Source: Phoronis australis (Eukaryota; Animalia; Phoronida). Taken from it: 64,000 nucleotides of DNA. The DNA lies in the NCBI GenBank assembly GCA_002633005.1, contig NMRA01000442.1, forward strand, positions 117,463 to 181,462, read 5' to 3'. Position numbers and translations under genes: made by a program. The notes under the pieces are model-generated. The model was not told the origin of the DNA, did no database searches, and saw nothing but the letters and a program-made list of their open reading frames with translations. This document shows, piece by piece, positions 1-14,400 of this stretch; position 1 is the stretch's first letter; each line of letters opens with the position of its first letter.

Positions 1-1306
1 AATTCTATTTTGTTAAATTTCTACACAGACGTAAGGATTAAGGGCATTTCTGTCAATTACAAGGATGGCTGAAAGGGTGTAGATGTCATAAAATGATGTT
101 CTCATTACTCACAAAAAAGTAATCTGCCATCGAAAATGGAAAAAAATCATCATTTATGGCAAATATTTTTGTACAAATTAAGTGGAGAATTACCATACAA
201 CCGTTGCCAAGGATTTCTTTAATATTCTAAGTAAAAATAGTAGACCCTTAAAACTAAACATTGTTAAAATCTTTGGTGATCACAGAATCGTATTACAATA
301 CGTTCATAAAAGCAATGTCCAGATATTCATTATTACTTGACTGTATTTTTAATAGCAATTTTTAAGGAGATCGCCGTATTTTCAAAAATAATGCTCCACC
401 CGAGACTTGCATCTGTATTCTATGTTGCAAAAGTGTGTCTGAGATTTTCGTTTAAGGACTTTTAGGACCAGAGCCCGCCTGTCAAAAATGAAGACTTCTG
501 TTTCTTTTCAAGGAATTTTCATATTTCACAACATAATTCTCAGACTAAAGGCCTCAAAAGAAAATTCAAAATGCTCTTTTTGTAGCTAAGAGAATAAAGA
601 AACAGGTTTTTGAGAAAAAGTTCATGTCTATGGAAGACACGGTGATCTGCGTGAAAATCACAATTTTATGAAACCTCAGTCACATCATTACATCTGGGCA
701 TGGGGTCTCAAAATTGAAACCTAAATTATTTTTGACGTTTTTCGTTTCACTATTGTATGAACTCAAGATGATAAGCGTAAATAATTTTGAGCTTGAGTAC
801 TCCTTGGTTTACATGGATTGCTATTCATTCCTTGCTTGCACTCGACGACCTCAGCATCAATGCTATAACTTTGAGCTCGAATGAGATTTTTACTCAAGTT
901 TGTGGCTCAAATCTAGGAGTCATCAAGTGCGAACCTTTGACTAGACTCTCATCACCATAAACCATAACATACTTGAGCAGAGAGAACACACTCTCTTACC
1001 TTCCTTTCTAGCAAATAAGGGGAACGAAAAATGGCAAAAATATGTTCCAGATTGATATCAAGTGCAAGGGTTAGACCCCCGGGCCATTAAGATTAATTTT
1101 ATGCACATCGTAATATTCTGTATTCATCACCGACTCAAAATAGTTTTGTGGGTCGACAATTAATACAAAAAATTTAATTTTTGGCAACAAAGGAAGCTAC
1201 CTTTAAAGCCCAACCTGAGGGGCTCATCAACACCAGTGCATCAAAACGACAATGGTCTTAAGAGTATCAATGCTTCAGTAAGTCCTGGGCGGCAAAGAAG
1301 GCCACT

Positions 1307-1519
1307 GGCCTGTTCCAAGAACTTTTGGCGAAGTCTAAGATTTGTCTCTACATCTAAACTTTGAAACTTCCACATCCGGTAAGTTAGTCAAACTTAGTCA
1401 AAATTAAGATCACTGACTTTCTAAAAACTTACTCAAGACAAATTGAAGTTTTATCTTAAAATTGACTAAAATTGAAAATTTGTCTTTAGTTAGCCAAGTC
1501 ACTTTTCTTGGAATGGGCC
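1307..1519. mobile_element. PIF/Harbinger-like MITE
   Basis: Termini GGCCTGTTCCAAGAA ... TTCTTGGAATGGGCC. Confidence 0.6.
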
Positions 1520-1988
1520 TCTGAGCTAGCTCCAGAATTAATTTGGTATCCTCAAAACCTGATTACGGCAGATGATCACAGTGTAATTCTAAAAATTAGT
1601 CAGTAATTATCTGCCATAATCAAAGAAAGATGAAATAGAGTTTTTGATTTAGAGTATGGCAGCAGAAAATGGTATTGAACTAATCACTATTTGCCATGAT
1701 AGGCCATTTTTGCCATTTATTCCAAGAATATTGTCATGAAATCCATGATATGTTTATGATAAACTTTTGCAGTATGTTGCTTTGATAGTTTTATCAATAT
1801 CAATTTATTACTTTACTAGCAGATCCTTGATGTTTATGTTCTGGCTTTCAGTTGAGTCAGTGGTCCATCCATTGCATCCAAAGATGAACTGGTACACTAG
1901 ATTGCGTAATGGTCATTCACAGAATAGTGACCTTGAGGCTGCCGCCCATTACCATATATGGCAAACACAATAGAGAATTTCTTATAAT

Positions 1989-2179
1989 TGTTGTTAAAGT
2001 TCTTAGAGTTGTTTACTGTTATTTCTTATAGAACATAGCCGGTTAGTGCATGCAACCCATATATTTGTAACTCATGTGTAACCTCACATTTGTCTAATAA
2101 AGACAGTCTTCACCTTGCTACTGCCAGTTGCTGTAGCTAGTAAAACTGAGTGGTCTACAAACAGTTAATGAATACAACA
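1989..2179 (+). mobile_element. Possible solo LTR
   Basis: TGTTGT...ACAACA ends with internal AATAAA; no target-site duplication seen. Confidence 0.3.
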
Positions 2180-2506
2180 TCTCAATGACAGACTGAGACC
2201 CACTACCACACACACACTACCCTGCTACTATATTTGACTCTTTCCTACAAATTCATCAGTCTGCCAAATCTGCTCTCTGTTGGCTGAGACAGAGTCAACC
2301 TGGTGTGTAGTCCTGATAATAAAACAGTTTTCTAACATGAGGTAGAAGGTTATCTTTAAATAAATATGAACTGGGTGAAGAATTTAAATTTACTAGTGAA
2401 CATCTGGTGTCTAAGATAAGGCATTGACATAACATCACTCTTGGTGTGTTGTCTGGTGAAAATGCACAGGCTGGTGAAGACACTACAATTCTTGGTACCA
2501 TGAACC

Positions 2507-5316
2507 ATGTATCACAACAGTGTACTGATTACATTGTAAGATACCAGCACATCCCCCTCATTCTATTCAAATGGGACTGAAAACAACAGCTCTGAAAACA
2601 ATTAAAATGTTAACCAAAACAATTTCTGTTCTGTAGTCATGTCACCAGGTGGCACTGTCAGGTCACCATTTTTTAAGCAAAGATATACCTACATGGACAG
2701 TAAACAAAGGAAAACCCACGATTTTTGTCGGTAGTGAACATGCCCATGTGAACACAGCATAAAGACGGGGAGAAAATAAGGGCAAAGCCTTTTCTGCATG
2801 CCCTTGCCACATGGTTAGGAATGATCAATTCTGTAAAGAGAACGGCTTCTAGGTGAACAGCAAATTTAATACCATAACTGTTAATATTCAAATTAACCAC
2901 ATGGTAATTCATTCTGGTTGACTGGTAAAAAACAGTGTCAGTCAAACAGGTATCAAAGTGTTCCTGCTGTGACAACAGAGGTTATTCTGGTGACACCAAT
3001 AAATTCAATCTTGAGTAATACTGCCACTTCTAACCACATTGTGTGTATTTCCTCATCACATAGGAAGTCTTCCTGGTTACAAATGTTGATTCATTCATAA
3101 CTACTGGGAGCAATAAAGCAGACAGGCTTTTCTGGGTAATCGTTCGATATAATGTGCACGAATTTTGAGAACCAGTTTTCTCCACTAAATAACAGGCATC
3201 AAACTGGTTCTCAAAATACGGGCACGTTATACGGGCACGTCATACCAGACTATTGCCCTATTCTGCGTAGCCACGCACCTCTCTGGCTGTTGTGATTAGT
3301 TGTACTTCAACTGATGTTTATTATTATGGCTACGAAAATTACATTAATTTGGAATTAACTTAAACCCAGGAAGATCCACCTGGCGATTAGTGAGCGAATA
3401 TCAAATCTTGCTTTGAATGTTTTTGCGTCCTGGTTTTCAGCCAGCAAACTAATTTATATGTGGGTTGCTACGGAAGTTGTGTACAACAGAGATTGGTAGA
3501 AATCTGGGCACAGGAAATAATTAAGAATTGAAGAGCTTCCAGTTATTTCACCAGCAGTTAGAAGAAAGCTTCTGAGTGTACTATTCACAAACCTGCAATT
3601 ACTGGCCATGCTATGATTGACCAGGAGAATGTTACCATCTTGGCCAGATTCCAATAGACTAATAGATGGATCAGGCAGTCTATTTATATGTGGAAAGCAG
3701 GTAATAGGTGCAAGAACAGGGATTCGGGACAACTCCATCAGAGAACTTTTTATAACTGTATATCGAGGCCTCGACAACAAATGACTGTGGTATCACACAC
3801 CTAAACCCAACACATCCTAAGTTTGAGAACTACACAGCAGTGTTTAATGCGCTACAGAAGACGCTAACAGAATATGACATTCTCAGAGACGACTGCAAAT
3901 TACACTGCAACTTGAAATTGAANATGTAGCACAACAGTGTACGATTACATTGTAAGATACCAGCACATCCCCCTCATTCTATTCAAATGGGACTGAAAAC
4001 AACAGCTCTGAAAACAATTAAAATGTTAACCAAAACAATTTCTGTTCTGTAGTCATGTCACCAGGTGGCACTGTCAGGTCACCATTTTTTAAGTAAAGAT
4101 ATACCCACATGGACAGTAAACAAAGGAAAACCCACGATTTTTGTCGGTAGTGAACATGCCCATGTGAACACAGCATAAAGACGGGGAGAAAATAAGGGCA
4201 AAGCCTTTTCTGCATGCCCTTGCCACATGGTTAGGAATGAGCAATTCTGTAAAGAGAACGGCTTCTAGGTGAACAGCAAATTTAATACCATTACTGTTAA
4301 TATTCAAATTAACCACATGGTAATTCATTCTGGTTGACTGGTAAAAAACAGGTATCAAAGAGTTCCTGCTGTGACAACAGAGGTTATTCTGGTGACACCA
4401 ATAAATTCAATCTTGAGTAATACTGCCACTTCTTGTGTGTATTTCCTCATCACATAGGAAGTCTTCCTGGTTACAAATGTTGATTCATTCATAACTACTG
4501 GGAGCAATAAAGCAGACAGGCTTTTCTGGGTAATCGTTCGATATAACGTGCACGAATTTTGAGAACCAGTTTTCTCCACTAAATAACAGGCATCAAACTG
4601 GTTCTCAAACTACAGGCACGTTATACGGGCACGTCATACCAGACTATTGCCCTATTCTGCGTAGCCACGCACCTCTCTGGCTGTTGTGATTAGATGTACT
4701 TCAACTGATGTTTATTATTATGGCTACGAAAATTACATTAATTTGGAATGAACTTAAACCCAGGAAGATCCACCTGGCGATTAGTGAGCGAATATCAAAT
4801 CTTGCTTTGAATGTTTTTGCGTCCTGGTTTTCAGCCAGCAAACTAATTTATATGTGGGTTGCTACGGAAGTTGTGTACAACAGAGATTGGTAGAAATCTG
4901 GGCACAGGAAATAATTAAGAATTGAAGAGCTTCCAGTTATTTCACCAGCAGTTAGAAGAGAGCTTCTGAGTGTACTATTCACAAACCTGCAATTACTGGC
5001 CATGCTATGATTGACCAGGAGAATGTTACCATCTTGGCCAGATTCCAATAGACTAATAGATGGATCAGGCACTCTATTTATATGTGGAAAGCAGGTAATA
5101 GGTGCAAGAACAGGGATTCGGGACAACTCCATCAGAGAACTTTTTATAACTGTATATCGAGGCCTCGACAACAAATGACTGTGGTATCACACACCTAAAC
5201 CCAACACATCCTAAGTTTGAGAACTACACAGCAGTGTTTAATGCGCTACAGAAGACGCTAACAGAATATGACATTCTCAGAGACAACTGCAAATTACACT
5301 GCAACTTGAAATTGAA
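2507..5316 (+). repeat. 1.4-kb near-identical tandem duplication (2507-3922 and 3924-5316) joined at an N
   Basis: Copies differ by scattered SNPs and two small indels; N at 3923 at the junction. Confidence 0.95.
3134..3258. mobile_element. ~125-bp palindromic MITE family (also 4528-4652, ~19978-20070, ~22607-22725, ~59447-59560)
   Basis: Shared core ATTTTGAGAACCAGTT...AACTGGTTCTCAAAAT with outer arms resembling GGGCAATAGTCGGATATAAC. Confidence 0.75.
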
Positions 5317-5497
5317 AGTGGGACTTGAAATTGAAAGTGCGCAGCATTACGATTTTCAAAATCAATTCAGTGAAGCAAGTTTCAAGTAGGCGCCGGCATG
5401 AGCTGTGGTCGCTAAATTGAAAATACTTGGTTGAAGGGAGCTCAGTCGAGCATTTGGCATTTCCTACGAAAGTTTTCAAAAAAATAGGTGGTAACTT

Positions 5498-5637
5498 GGG
5501 TGCGGCGCAGCACTGAAAAAAGTGGGGAGCTATAGCGCCCCAGCTCCCATGGAACACTGCCCATAGACCATGGGCGGCCCAGCACTGAAAAAAGTGGGGG
5601 GCTCCAGTCGCCCAGCCCCCATGGTGCGCCGCCCATG
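5498..5637. mobile_element. Two adjacent ~70-bp GC-rich mini-elements (hAT-like ends)
   Basis: CATGGGCGGC...GCCGCCCATG ends; same family inverted at 39556-39630. Confidence 0.65.
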
Positions 5638-6438
5638 GGTAAAGTGAGCATGGTTTGTTAACTCAAAAGTTTTCCACAATAAGAAATTGAGACTGCTGCA
5701 GGAACATATGTTTTTTTGTGATTTTGTACAGCCAAGCCCACCCCACCTTGACTGCGAGAGCAAATTTTAGTCACCCTGAGCTACAAAGAGTAACCATGCA
5801 CTGCCTTCGAGGCGCTAGTTTCTAAAAAACGTTTTGGCTAAATCGTCGAGGGTACATTTGTGCAGATATGTTTGTTGCGACGCCAGACCATTTTGTTGCG
5901 AATTAATGCAGTTGTTCCCTGTGTCATGCGCAGTGTGACCTGTGTAATGCTGCTATTTCAAGTAGTATTCAGATTTACGTGACTATTTATTCTATAAAAA
6001 AACGAACACACAAGTACTGTCAACACATCCTTCCAGAACAGTCAAGTTCAACATTGCCTCTCAGGTGTGTACCATTTTTTAATGAAACACGATAGCCACA
6101 AATTACAACATGTAGTTTTGCTCCATGCATGTTGATCTAGAAAAAGTGCCTATGTTTGAGTTGATGAAATCAAAGTCACAATGTGACATAGTTGGCGAGC
6201 AGATTACACTGTCGTTCACAAGTTTATGAATAGGCAACCGTCTTGGCTTCTCCAGCGAACGGTCTTGAAGTAGTAGTGCTATGGTTTGAAAGTGGGTATG
6301 AACCCTTATTCTCAAAATTTCTCTGTGTCGCAATTCCCCAGGTGTTGGAGCTTGCCTTTGAACAACTTGCTACTGTTCATTCGAGCATCCACACCACACA
6401 CCCTACACCACATGACAAATATAGGGTAAGGTAAGTGA

Positions 6439-7078
6439 GGTCCACACACAAACTTACCCTAGAACGAGATACTCCTGGAACAAGTTGTCAGGTTTGGGAG
6501 ATGTTTCCATGCTATTTAGTTGTCTCTATATTTGAGTGCTGTCTGGACGCTATTTAAACTAGTACAACTTACCCCACCTGTGACAACTTACTCCACGTTA
6601 ACGAGGTAAGGTAACTTTGCCACTTATAATCGCTGTGTGGGTGCAAAAGTGGGGTAGGGTAGAAGTAATTAGCTCCAGCTTTCTTTTGTGCGCCGTACTC
6701 GGATTAGGCATTCACTGCCAGCGCAGAGTGACAATTTCTGCCAATCCCTAGTTATCGGTGTGGACGCTCCACTCAAAAGTGGGGTAAGTTACACTAGTGC
6801 AAGTTATTTTAGGGAAGGCTGTGTGTGGGCAGGACTTTAAGACAATCTTATGTGTGCAACTGAGCAAGTGTATAGCAGGTAATTACTTCCACTTTGGCTG
6901 CAACTTCATATCCACACAACGACTTGCGCAGAGGCAACTCGCCCTAGAACAATTTATCCTACTTAGCCAGAAGGTGGTTTAAGTTGTCCCACCTGTGTCG
7001 ATTTGCCCAACACTATTACCAAACCTAGCGACAACTCGTTCCAGGACGACTTGTTCTAGGGCAACCCCTAGTGTGTAC
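6439..7078. mobile_element. Degenerate MITE with imperfect terminal inverted repeats
   Basis: CCCTAGAAC..TCCTGGAACAAGTTGTC near 6457-6489 mirrored by GACAACTCGTTCCAGGA..GTTCTAGGG near 7030-7061. Confidence 0.5.
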
Positions 7079-10000
7079 TTCAACTGATGTTTATGGCAGC
7101 AAAGTTACATTAATCTGGAAGGAATTTAACCCTAGATGACGCACCTGGGGAATAGTGGCAGCACATCAAACCTTGTTTTGAACATTTGTTTCAATTAGCT
7201 TCCTGTTTTTCAGCCAGTAATTTTTTTACAATGTGGCACTCCACCCTTCATGCATCATACGCAGACTTTGATGACTTTGGCCAGCTCCTAACAGATCCAA
7301 CGTAAGCATCTGGTTGTTAGTCAACAGTATGCACAATTAAGGACAGCACTTGAGTTAGAAACTATGGCCTCCATTCTACAGGAAGTTATGCACAACTTAA
7401 AGCAAAGCATAGATGTCTGCCAGATATAAATAAACACCACTTAAAGAACAAACCACAAAATCAAATACAATGACGTATCAGTTCCATTTTCGAACTAAGG
7501 AAAGCAATTGGAACAAGATTGCTTTTAAAGATTTCTAGAATAGTTGGAGATGGACCAAGAAAGAACCTGACAGTAATCATTTCCTGATACAGTGATGAAA
7601 TATTGAAGTTGTGGTGCTACATGGCGTGATTTGCTATTTGGCAGTAAGCATCCACTTCTGTCCCTACAGTTGACGGGTGATGTGAAAGAGACTTTGAAGC
7701 ATTGCGATTTTATTTCTTAATTATTTGCAATTGACAAATTGCCTTGCAGTGGGATGTTCAAATTACTCGTAGATCATACGTAGATCATACCGAAGTTACT
7801 TTCTGGTCACCATGGTGACTTTGTGAAGGATGTTTGCATTTTGCTTTACTTCCCTGGCCAAATCAAGTTAGGCCTTTTACTCCTATAAAATCAGTGCATG
7901 TATTGCCTGTTACTTATCTTGCTGGCTCATATGGATATAATTTAACATCCCATCAGCATGGTAATGTTCTTAAATCCCAAAGTGCTTCCATTACAAATTC
8001 AACATTGACATCTAAACAGGGCTAAATGCAGCTTTAAGTTTTGTGATAATCTTAAGCACTGCATTTTTAACACATATAATAATACAATATTTATTTAGTT
8101 ACATTGAGATAAATTGTACACCCATCATCCAGTTCCTAATAACTTTCGCAAGTCGCGAGTTGTCCTGATTTGGCAGAGCTTTGCTAGTGTTTTTTCTGGA
8201 TTGCTGTGTCATTTCCGTCATTAAGTTCATGGTGCCATCCCACAGCTGGCAATACACATTCTGCAAACTTAATTCTGAGTTTCAGACAGTCGAACATAAG
8301 TGCTACCAAGAAACTGTCAATTGCCATGTCAGTTGTCAGTCAAAATGTCTTTCCTAACCAAGCAACAACTGCTTTACAAGATGCCTGACATCTCTATTTC
8401 AGGATCACATTGGCTAAATATTGACTCAGGTTTGAGTAAGTTTCTGCAACACCACAAAAGGTAAGCCCTGAATCTTTTGGCTAATGCTGATCTGATGAGC
8501 AAACAGTGGTCTTTCAGTATAATTGACTTAGTCCCCTATCAGGAGATGACAAACACCAGAGAAATGCCCCAGGTCCAACCTCAGTGTGCTTGTGACAAAC
8601 ACAGCAACTAGAAGGTTCCTAGGATAAGTCATAGGGTGGCTTACAGCAAAGTGAATGACACAAGACATAACCCATCCATGAAGACCCACTGATTGATGTC
8701 TGCAAACTTATCACCCATTCAGTCAATGCAAGAAACCATCAGAGCAGATCCACTCCTAACCCAGTGTACAAGAGCCCACGAACAAAATACAGGCAACATC
8801 CCAGCCCCTTATATTGATCGCACTTCAGATCTTGGTTTATAGACAAAATAATGCTTCAGAGTATTTCAAGCAAGAAACGTTCGACAAAATGCAAACATAT
8901 GAAACTGCTTCCACAATACGACAATTAGGAAAACAAGCATAACTAATAAAGAACTTAGTAATTGATTCGCACTTGTAGCTTTCAGGCTAGGAATGCAACA
9001 ATTTGCAATTTTGATTGTAACTGTAGTGAACTTCAGGGAAAAATGCCAGAACAACTAAACTTTTGGCATGCCTGGGACTTCACGTGTGAACTGGAAAACT
9101 TTTACACACCTTACAGTCATGAAGGACTAAAACAGTATGGACAGTGGTAATGTATCACAGCTAAACTCCAAAAGATTCGCATTGTACTGGATGTTTGGGT
9201 ATCAAATTGCTGCTAAACACCTAATTTTAATGGTCTGCAGTACACAGAGCCTAAAAATGGGCAAGTCATGATGTCAGAATGTGGCAAACTTTGGCAGATA
9301 AGTTGAATATGTTTCAACAGGCGAGTGTTTTACACCCGTCTGTTACTCAATGAAATCACTGCAAACTCCACAGGAACAACAGCAGGAAACATGTTTGTAA
9401 CAGGCGCAAGTGCAGAAAGGCCAATCATCAAGGAGGGGTTCCGTTTAGCTGGGCCAAATGTAATAAACTGCAATGATTACAATTATGGGCCTATATGTAC
9501 GAACATAAAAAGGAGCCACGCAGCTACAATATAGCGGCAGACTTACACTAGAGACTCGGTTTTCTGTTTTCATGCCAAAAATTCTATTATTTTACGTTTT
9601 GTAAATATTCAAATTCAAAACTCAAGTGTTGTTCCTCACTTAGAAGATAACGATTTCAAGAGTTAAGGACTGAGATGTGTTATTTTGCTTCACACCAGGG
9701 CCATTAAGTTGTTATGGCAAGTCATGTAGTTTCAGTCCCAAGGCAGTTTGGCTATTAGGGGAATTCCAGGCAATTTATTCTAAGCAATTTGGTATTCAAA
9801 CAAAGCAGAAGAATGGGATGACATCACATTGGAGGGGCAAACAGGACTGTGAAGATAATTGATGTTTTTAACAACAGGACAGGGTATGAACTGGTTATAA
9901 CCATATTCATTTGAAGTCAACTCAACAGAAGATTTGTGCACTCTATGGACTGCCAGCAGGAACCACCAAACATGACAAAGCAGGAATGGTGAAGATAATT

Positions 10001-11283
10001 GTCACTGTGGGATTCCCTTTAGCTTGCCCAGGTGTTGCAGGGTGTTAGGGTTGCAACAAAAGGGACATAACAGGGTCCCTGGAGAGGCGCTTAAGGCCTT
10101 TAATGCTGTGTTGCATCCACTGGGATATCGAAATTACAGGTTACCTTTAATTAAGAGGATGGATTTTGCAGTCAGAGTTGAATAGAAAGTTTGAGTGGCT
10201 GGCACAATGGTGAACACTTAATGCTGTACCAAAAACAACAGGTAATGCTATACCCAGGGGTTTTATTGAAGACTTTTGTGTAAAAAACTCAGTCTTCTCA
10301 ATCCACTTCCATGTTCAGAAACATTTGCAACACAATAGTATATACCATTAAGAAAATAATTGCCTTTATTCGCCAGAGTGGGAATACAAGCAAATTCCAT
10401 AGTAATTAACTTGGCAACAATTCAAGGTGTGGCCATGTTAAGAACTGGTAACACAATGAAAGTGTCCAACCCACATTTTCGCTTTTTACGGGCTAAGTAA
10501 TGCGTGAAATTTGTAATTGCCCTCTGCCGAGTTATAATCTGCTATTCCCCAGTGCACAGGAATGCGGAGTAAACAAAGAACATGTTTTGCGAACAGCAAA
10601 CTTTTTTCTACCTGTTGCCTGTAAATAAGTAACCAAAGAGGTGCAACAATGCAGTAGCCAGAAGAAGCTATTAAAGTGGCGAACAAAATAGGTGGATCGG
10701 GTTTCTTTTCCGTGAATAGCTCGATACAAATTATGTGTGCTTCATTCGGTAAATAAAGTTTTGAGTTTCTCAGTAAATCAATGCTTTAGTTGGTCGACTA
10801 CCTTTCGGGGTTACAACATGCCTGAAATAGTTGTGCGTGTGTGTGCCTTGTAAAACTTCTAGTAAATAGAAACAAAGTGATCAGCTACTATGAAGAGCCT
10901 GTTAAAGCAAGTCACCCACTTCCCGAAATAACGAAGTGCCCTCTCTGACTCGGTGGTATTTACCCACAATGCAGCATGTTTGTAGGGCACTCATCCCACT
11001 CCTGTCATGCCTATCACCAGAGCCCAATGACGCACAGCATTGTGGGTAAACGTGTTCTGATTATAAACCAACCTCATTCATTCATTCATTTACCCATTTA
11101 TTTATTCATATTTTAACATCCTATTTTCTAGCATAACAAGTGAAAAAAAAAGATTTTTTTAAATTTAGGTGTTAAACACTGATCCATAATAAAACTTTCC
11201 CAAATGATTATATCGTAAATGGGACTACTAGCATAACAACTCCCCTCCCCAAATCCAGTTCCTGCTCCTACCTTCAGACTCAC

Positions 11284-11409
11284 CATCAGAGTGTGCCAGA
11301 TAATTCAAGCATGAAGTTTTATCAGCAAATTCAAAGATGTCTGAACAGGAGGTGTCACACACGCACTCTGACTCCATGATGGTGCAGCCTTCAAATGACT
11401 CTGAACATT
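11284..11409 (-). CDS. CRIM1: CRIM1 coding exon 2
   Basis: ttttttttccag|...|gtgagt, 126 bp; ECSESFEGCTIMESECVCDTSCSDIFEFADKTSCLNYLAHSD. Not in the ORF track. Confidence 0.85.
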
Positions 11410-14400
11410 CTGGAAAAAAACAAATAAGGTTTTAGTTCAACATCTGTCCCTAACAGGAAACACTGAGAAGGTAAATCATATCCAGAACCCCCGATCTCAT
11501 GATCTGTCATTGCTCAAATAGAAATTGGTTTCATTTGATGCATCTTAAGAGTTCGTACACAAAAAGCATGGAAGAACCATTTTTGATAGCCCATCTTGCA
11601 AAGGTGGATCATTTCAAAAATAAATCCTAACAGCAGTTTCATTTGAATACAATCTGGAATTTTCAAGATACGGCGTTCGGTAAGCCAAATTTTTGTATGG
11701 TCATATGTAACCTTAAATCTAACAGTCCACAAGAGCGCGCTCTACTGGAGATCAAAACAAGCAATGGCAGTTGATCAAAGCTAGTCAAACACTAGTCAAA
11801 CTCACTGAGGCTTTAAATCTAAATTAAACATAAATGCAGCTAAACAGCTTAATCAAAATAGAGTGAGAATTCATTATGGTCGACTGATTAACACTAATAA
11901 GAGAAAACCTTTATTATGGCCAGGTGACTGATATCAAGTAGATGTGAAAATCATACAACATTTGTGTTCATATAGAGTATGTCCATTACATGAAAATGAC
12001 TACCGTATTACTTAATCGAAGACTCAACAGGATACACACCAATATAAAGAGAATTTAAAGGTGCGTTTCACTCTGTTTAGCTGGCTGAGAAAACAAAAAC
12101 CGAGCTAGATCTGCTGCTCAGATAAAGTCAATCTCATAACATTATTTCCATGACCAATCATTCACTGAAACCATCAACGACTCAATGGCAAATGAGAGTA
12201 AAATGACTAATTTGATTTTTGAACTCTTAAATTTCTCTTTCTATTCTTTGGAACACCATTTTTGAAATTGGACAGTCCTCAAAATGACTGCTTGAAATTT
12301 GAGGTATGAATTACCACATAAATGAGCACAGTAATTCTAGGGCCAACGAACACATTTCGGGGATTACCACTGGTGAGGATAGACTCCTTCAAGTTATAAA
12401 CTTTGACCAGAGCTATAAAACAGCAAAATTCACTTTCACTCTTTATTTCATTACAAATAGCCCATTGTCAACAGGAGCTTCCACTCATTCAGTAGAATCA
12501 GTTAAAATCAAGGCTGGTGCCCAAAACTGCCCATATCTCTTAACCCTTAAAATACTCGGTTAACCATCATACTGGCTTCTCGCTGCAACTTGCGATGTCA
12601 TGAAACTCCAATACAAATTGAGACTGATCCTAAGAACACAAAATTGTCACCCATGAATTCACTTTAAATGGTTAGAGTTAGGCAACTAGGACAGGGATAT
12701 TCCTGACCAGGTTTGTTCCTGTGCCCTTTGACCTCACCTGATAATAAAAGTGTGCCTTTTTTCAAAAAGTGTGCCTTTTTTCAAAAAGTTGCGCCCAGCA
12801 GACTTATGGTAATTAAAGTGGTAACATATGAAATAGAAACCCCAAAGGCAATCGAAATAAGAACAGTCATGTTTTACCCCGATAAGTTGACTAGAATCTT
12901 GAATTTTTGAAGATTGTTGCGTTTTAAAAGATGCACCCGAGGGGCGCACTGCTGCAATGTCCTTGTGCCTTTTTATTTTTCCATGCGCTAATGACACAAA
13001 GGCGCAGTCCAGGAATATCTCTGCTAAGATATCATGATTGGAAGGGGGTTATAAAGTGAGGTGTAAAAACCCTACAGATTAGCAATCACACCACTCCAAA
13101 CAGTATGGACAGGGTCCTTTATCCAATCCTAAACTGGATTCCATTCTTGTAGTCAGATAAACAGGAATTCATAAATCACCATTGACCATTCTTCTCAGTG
13201 AAACACACTAAATACATGTAGATACACTAAATTTACTACAAAAGGCACTGGATACTCATATCCTGGTATCATAATAGCAGTTACTACTGTAAGATTAGCT
13301 ATTGTTATTTTACTTGCTGAACTAAGTAGACACAGAATGCTGGCCTTCATCACCAATTCTACACAGAGGTGACCAAGCACAAAAGTTCTAGGGGATGAAA
13401 TTTTATGGCAGCTCAGCCATGAAATGAAATGATTATCACTTAAAGCAAGCTGTTGAAAACCTTTAGACCAGTCAACCAGAAGACCGGCATTGGTCACCTG
13501 TAGTGGGAGTGTACCTGGATACCCTAGGCTGTACTCAGAGTAGTACCACACTACTACATTTCATTTGCCAACTAATCATTATAAAACACCATAAACAGAG
13601 CAGATATAATTACACTTGTGAGAAAAGATGGGATTGCAGGTATGGTTTACAGTGTTCTGCTGAATACCACAATTTGCCATATTCTACCTGTTATGTTGTA
13701 TGAATGCAGTTATTCTTCACCTACTTCGCGCAAAACACGACAGACAACTGAAATTTCATTTGATAAATTTTGCAACAAAAATAACGATTTCAAAAAATTT
13801 AGTCAAACATTTGCTTGGTTTGCACTATGTGGATATCATAAAATAATGTTTGCTAAAGTCTTCAGAATTTGCATAAAGGTAAGTCAGTTTTTGGAAGATA
13901 GAAAAAATTACTATTTTGGCAAGTATTTGGTGTGAAACCAGCAATGAATTGTCATAAGTAAAAGTATGCTGTCAATCCAACCAAAAGGCTAATGTCCCTT
14001 TACAATGAATATCACCCTTCAATACTCTTTCTATTGTGTATTTCCATTGTGTAGTATCCTTTTAGTCTCGTTTGGTCATCCAAACCAATCCTAAAATTCT
14101 CTACTTGTTGATCTAGGGAAGGATAGGAATGGCTCTCAAGTCTCAGATTAACACACTGTTGAAAGCCTTCTCAAAGTCAACGAACAGATTTATCAAATTG
14201 TATTGAATAAAATTGACCATTACAACACTTCTGTAGTTGTATGTTTCATTCTGAATGTGTCAATAGGAAGGTTCACAATTAATTCAATACATCAATATCA
14301 ATATTCCTTCTACTAAACTGGGCGCCTAGGTCAGCAAAAAAGAATGTCTAAATAAGATTTCATCTGAATGGTTCAGAATTGCTCCTCGTTTATGCCTAAA

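Noticed and set aside
2507-5316. 1.4-kb tandem duplication with paired ORFs (3454-3780 / 4848-5174 and others) as a gene duplication
   Set aside because: The junction is exactly an N and the differences look allelic, so uncollapsed haplotypes are likelier (half read depth would confirm). The ORFs have no recognisable domain.
10040-10055. AACCCTAAC (minus) as telomerase RNA template
   Set aside because: A 9-nt match is expected by chance; no pseudoknot or H/ACA features seen.
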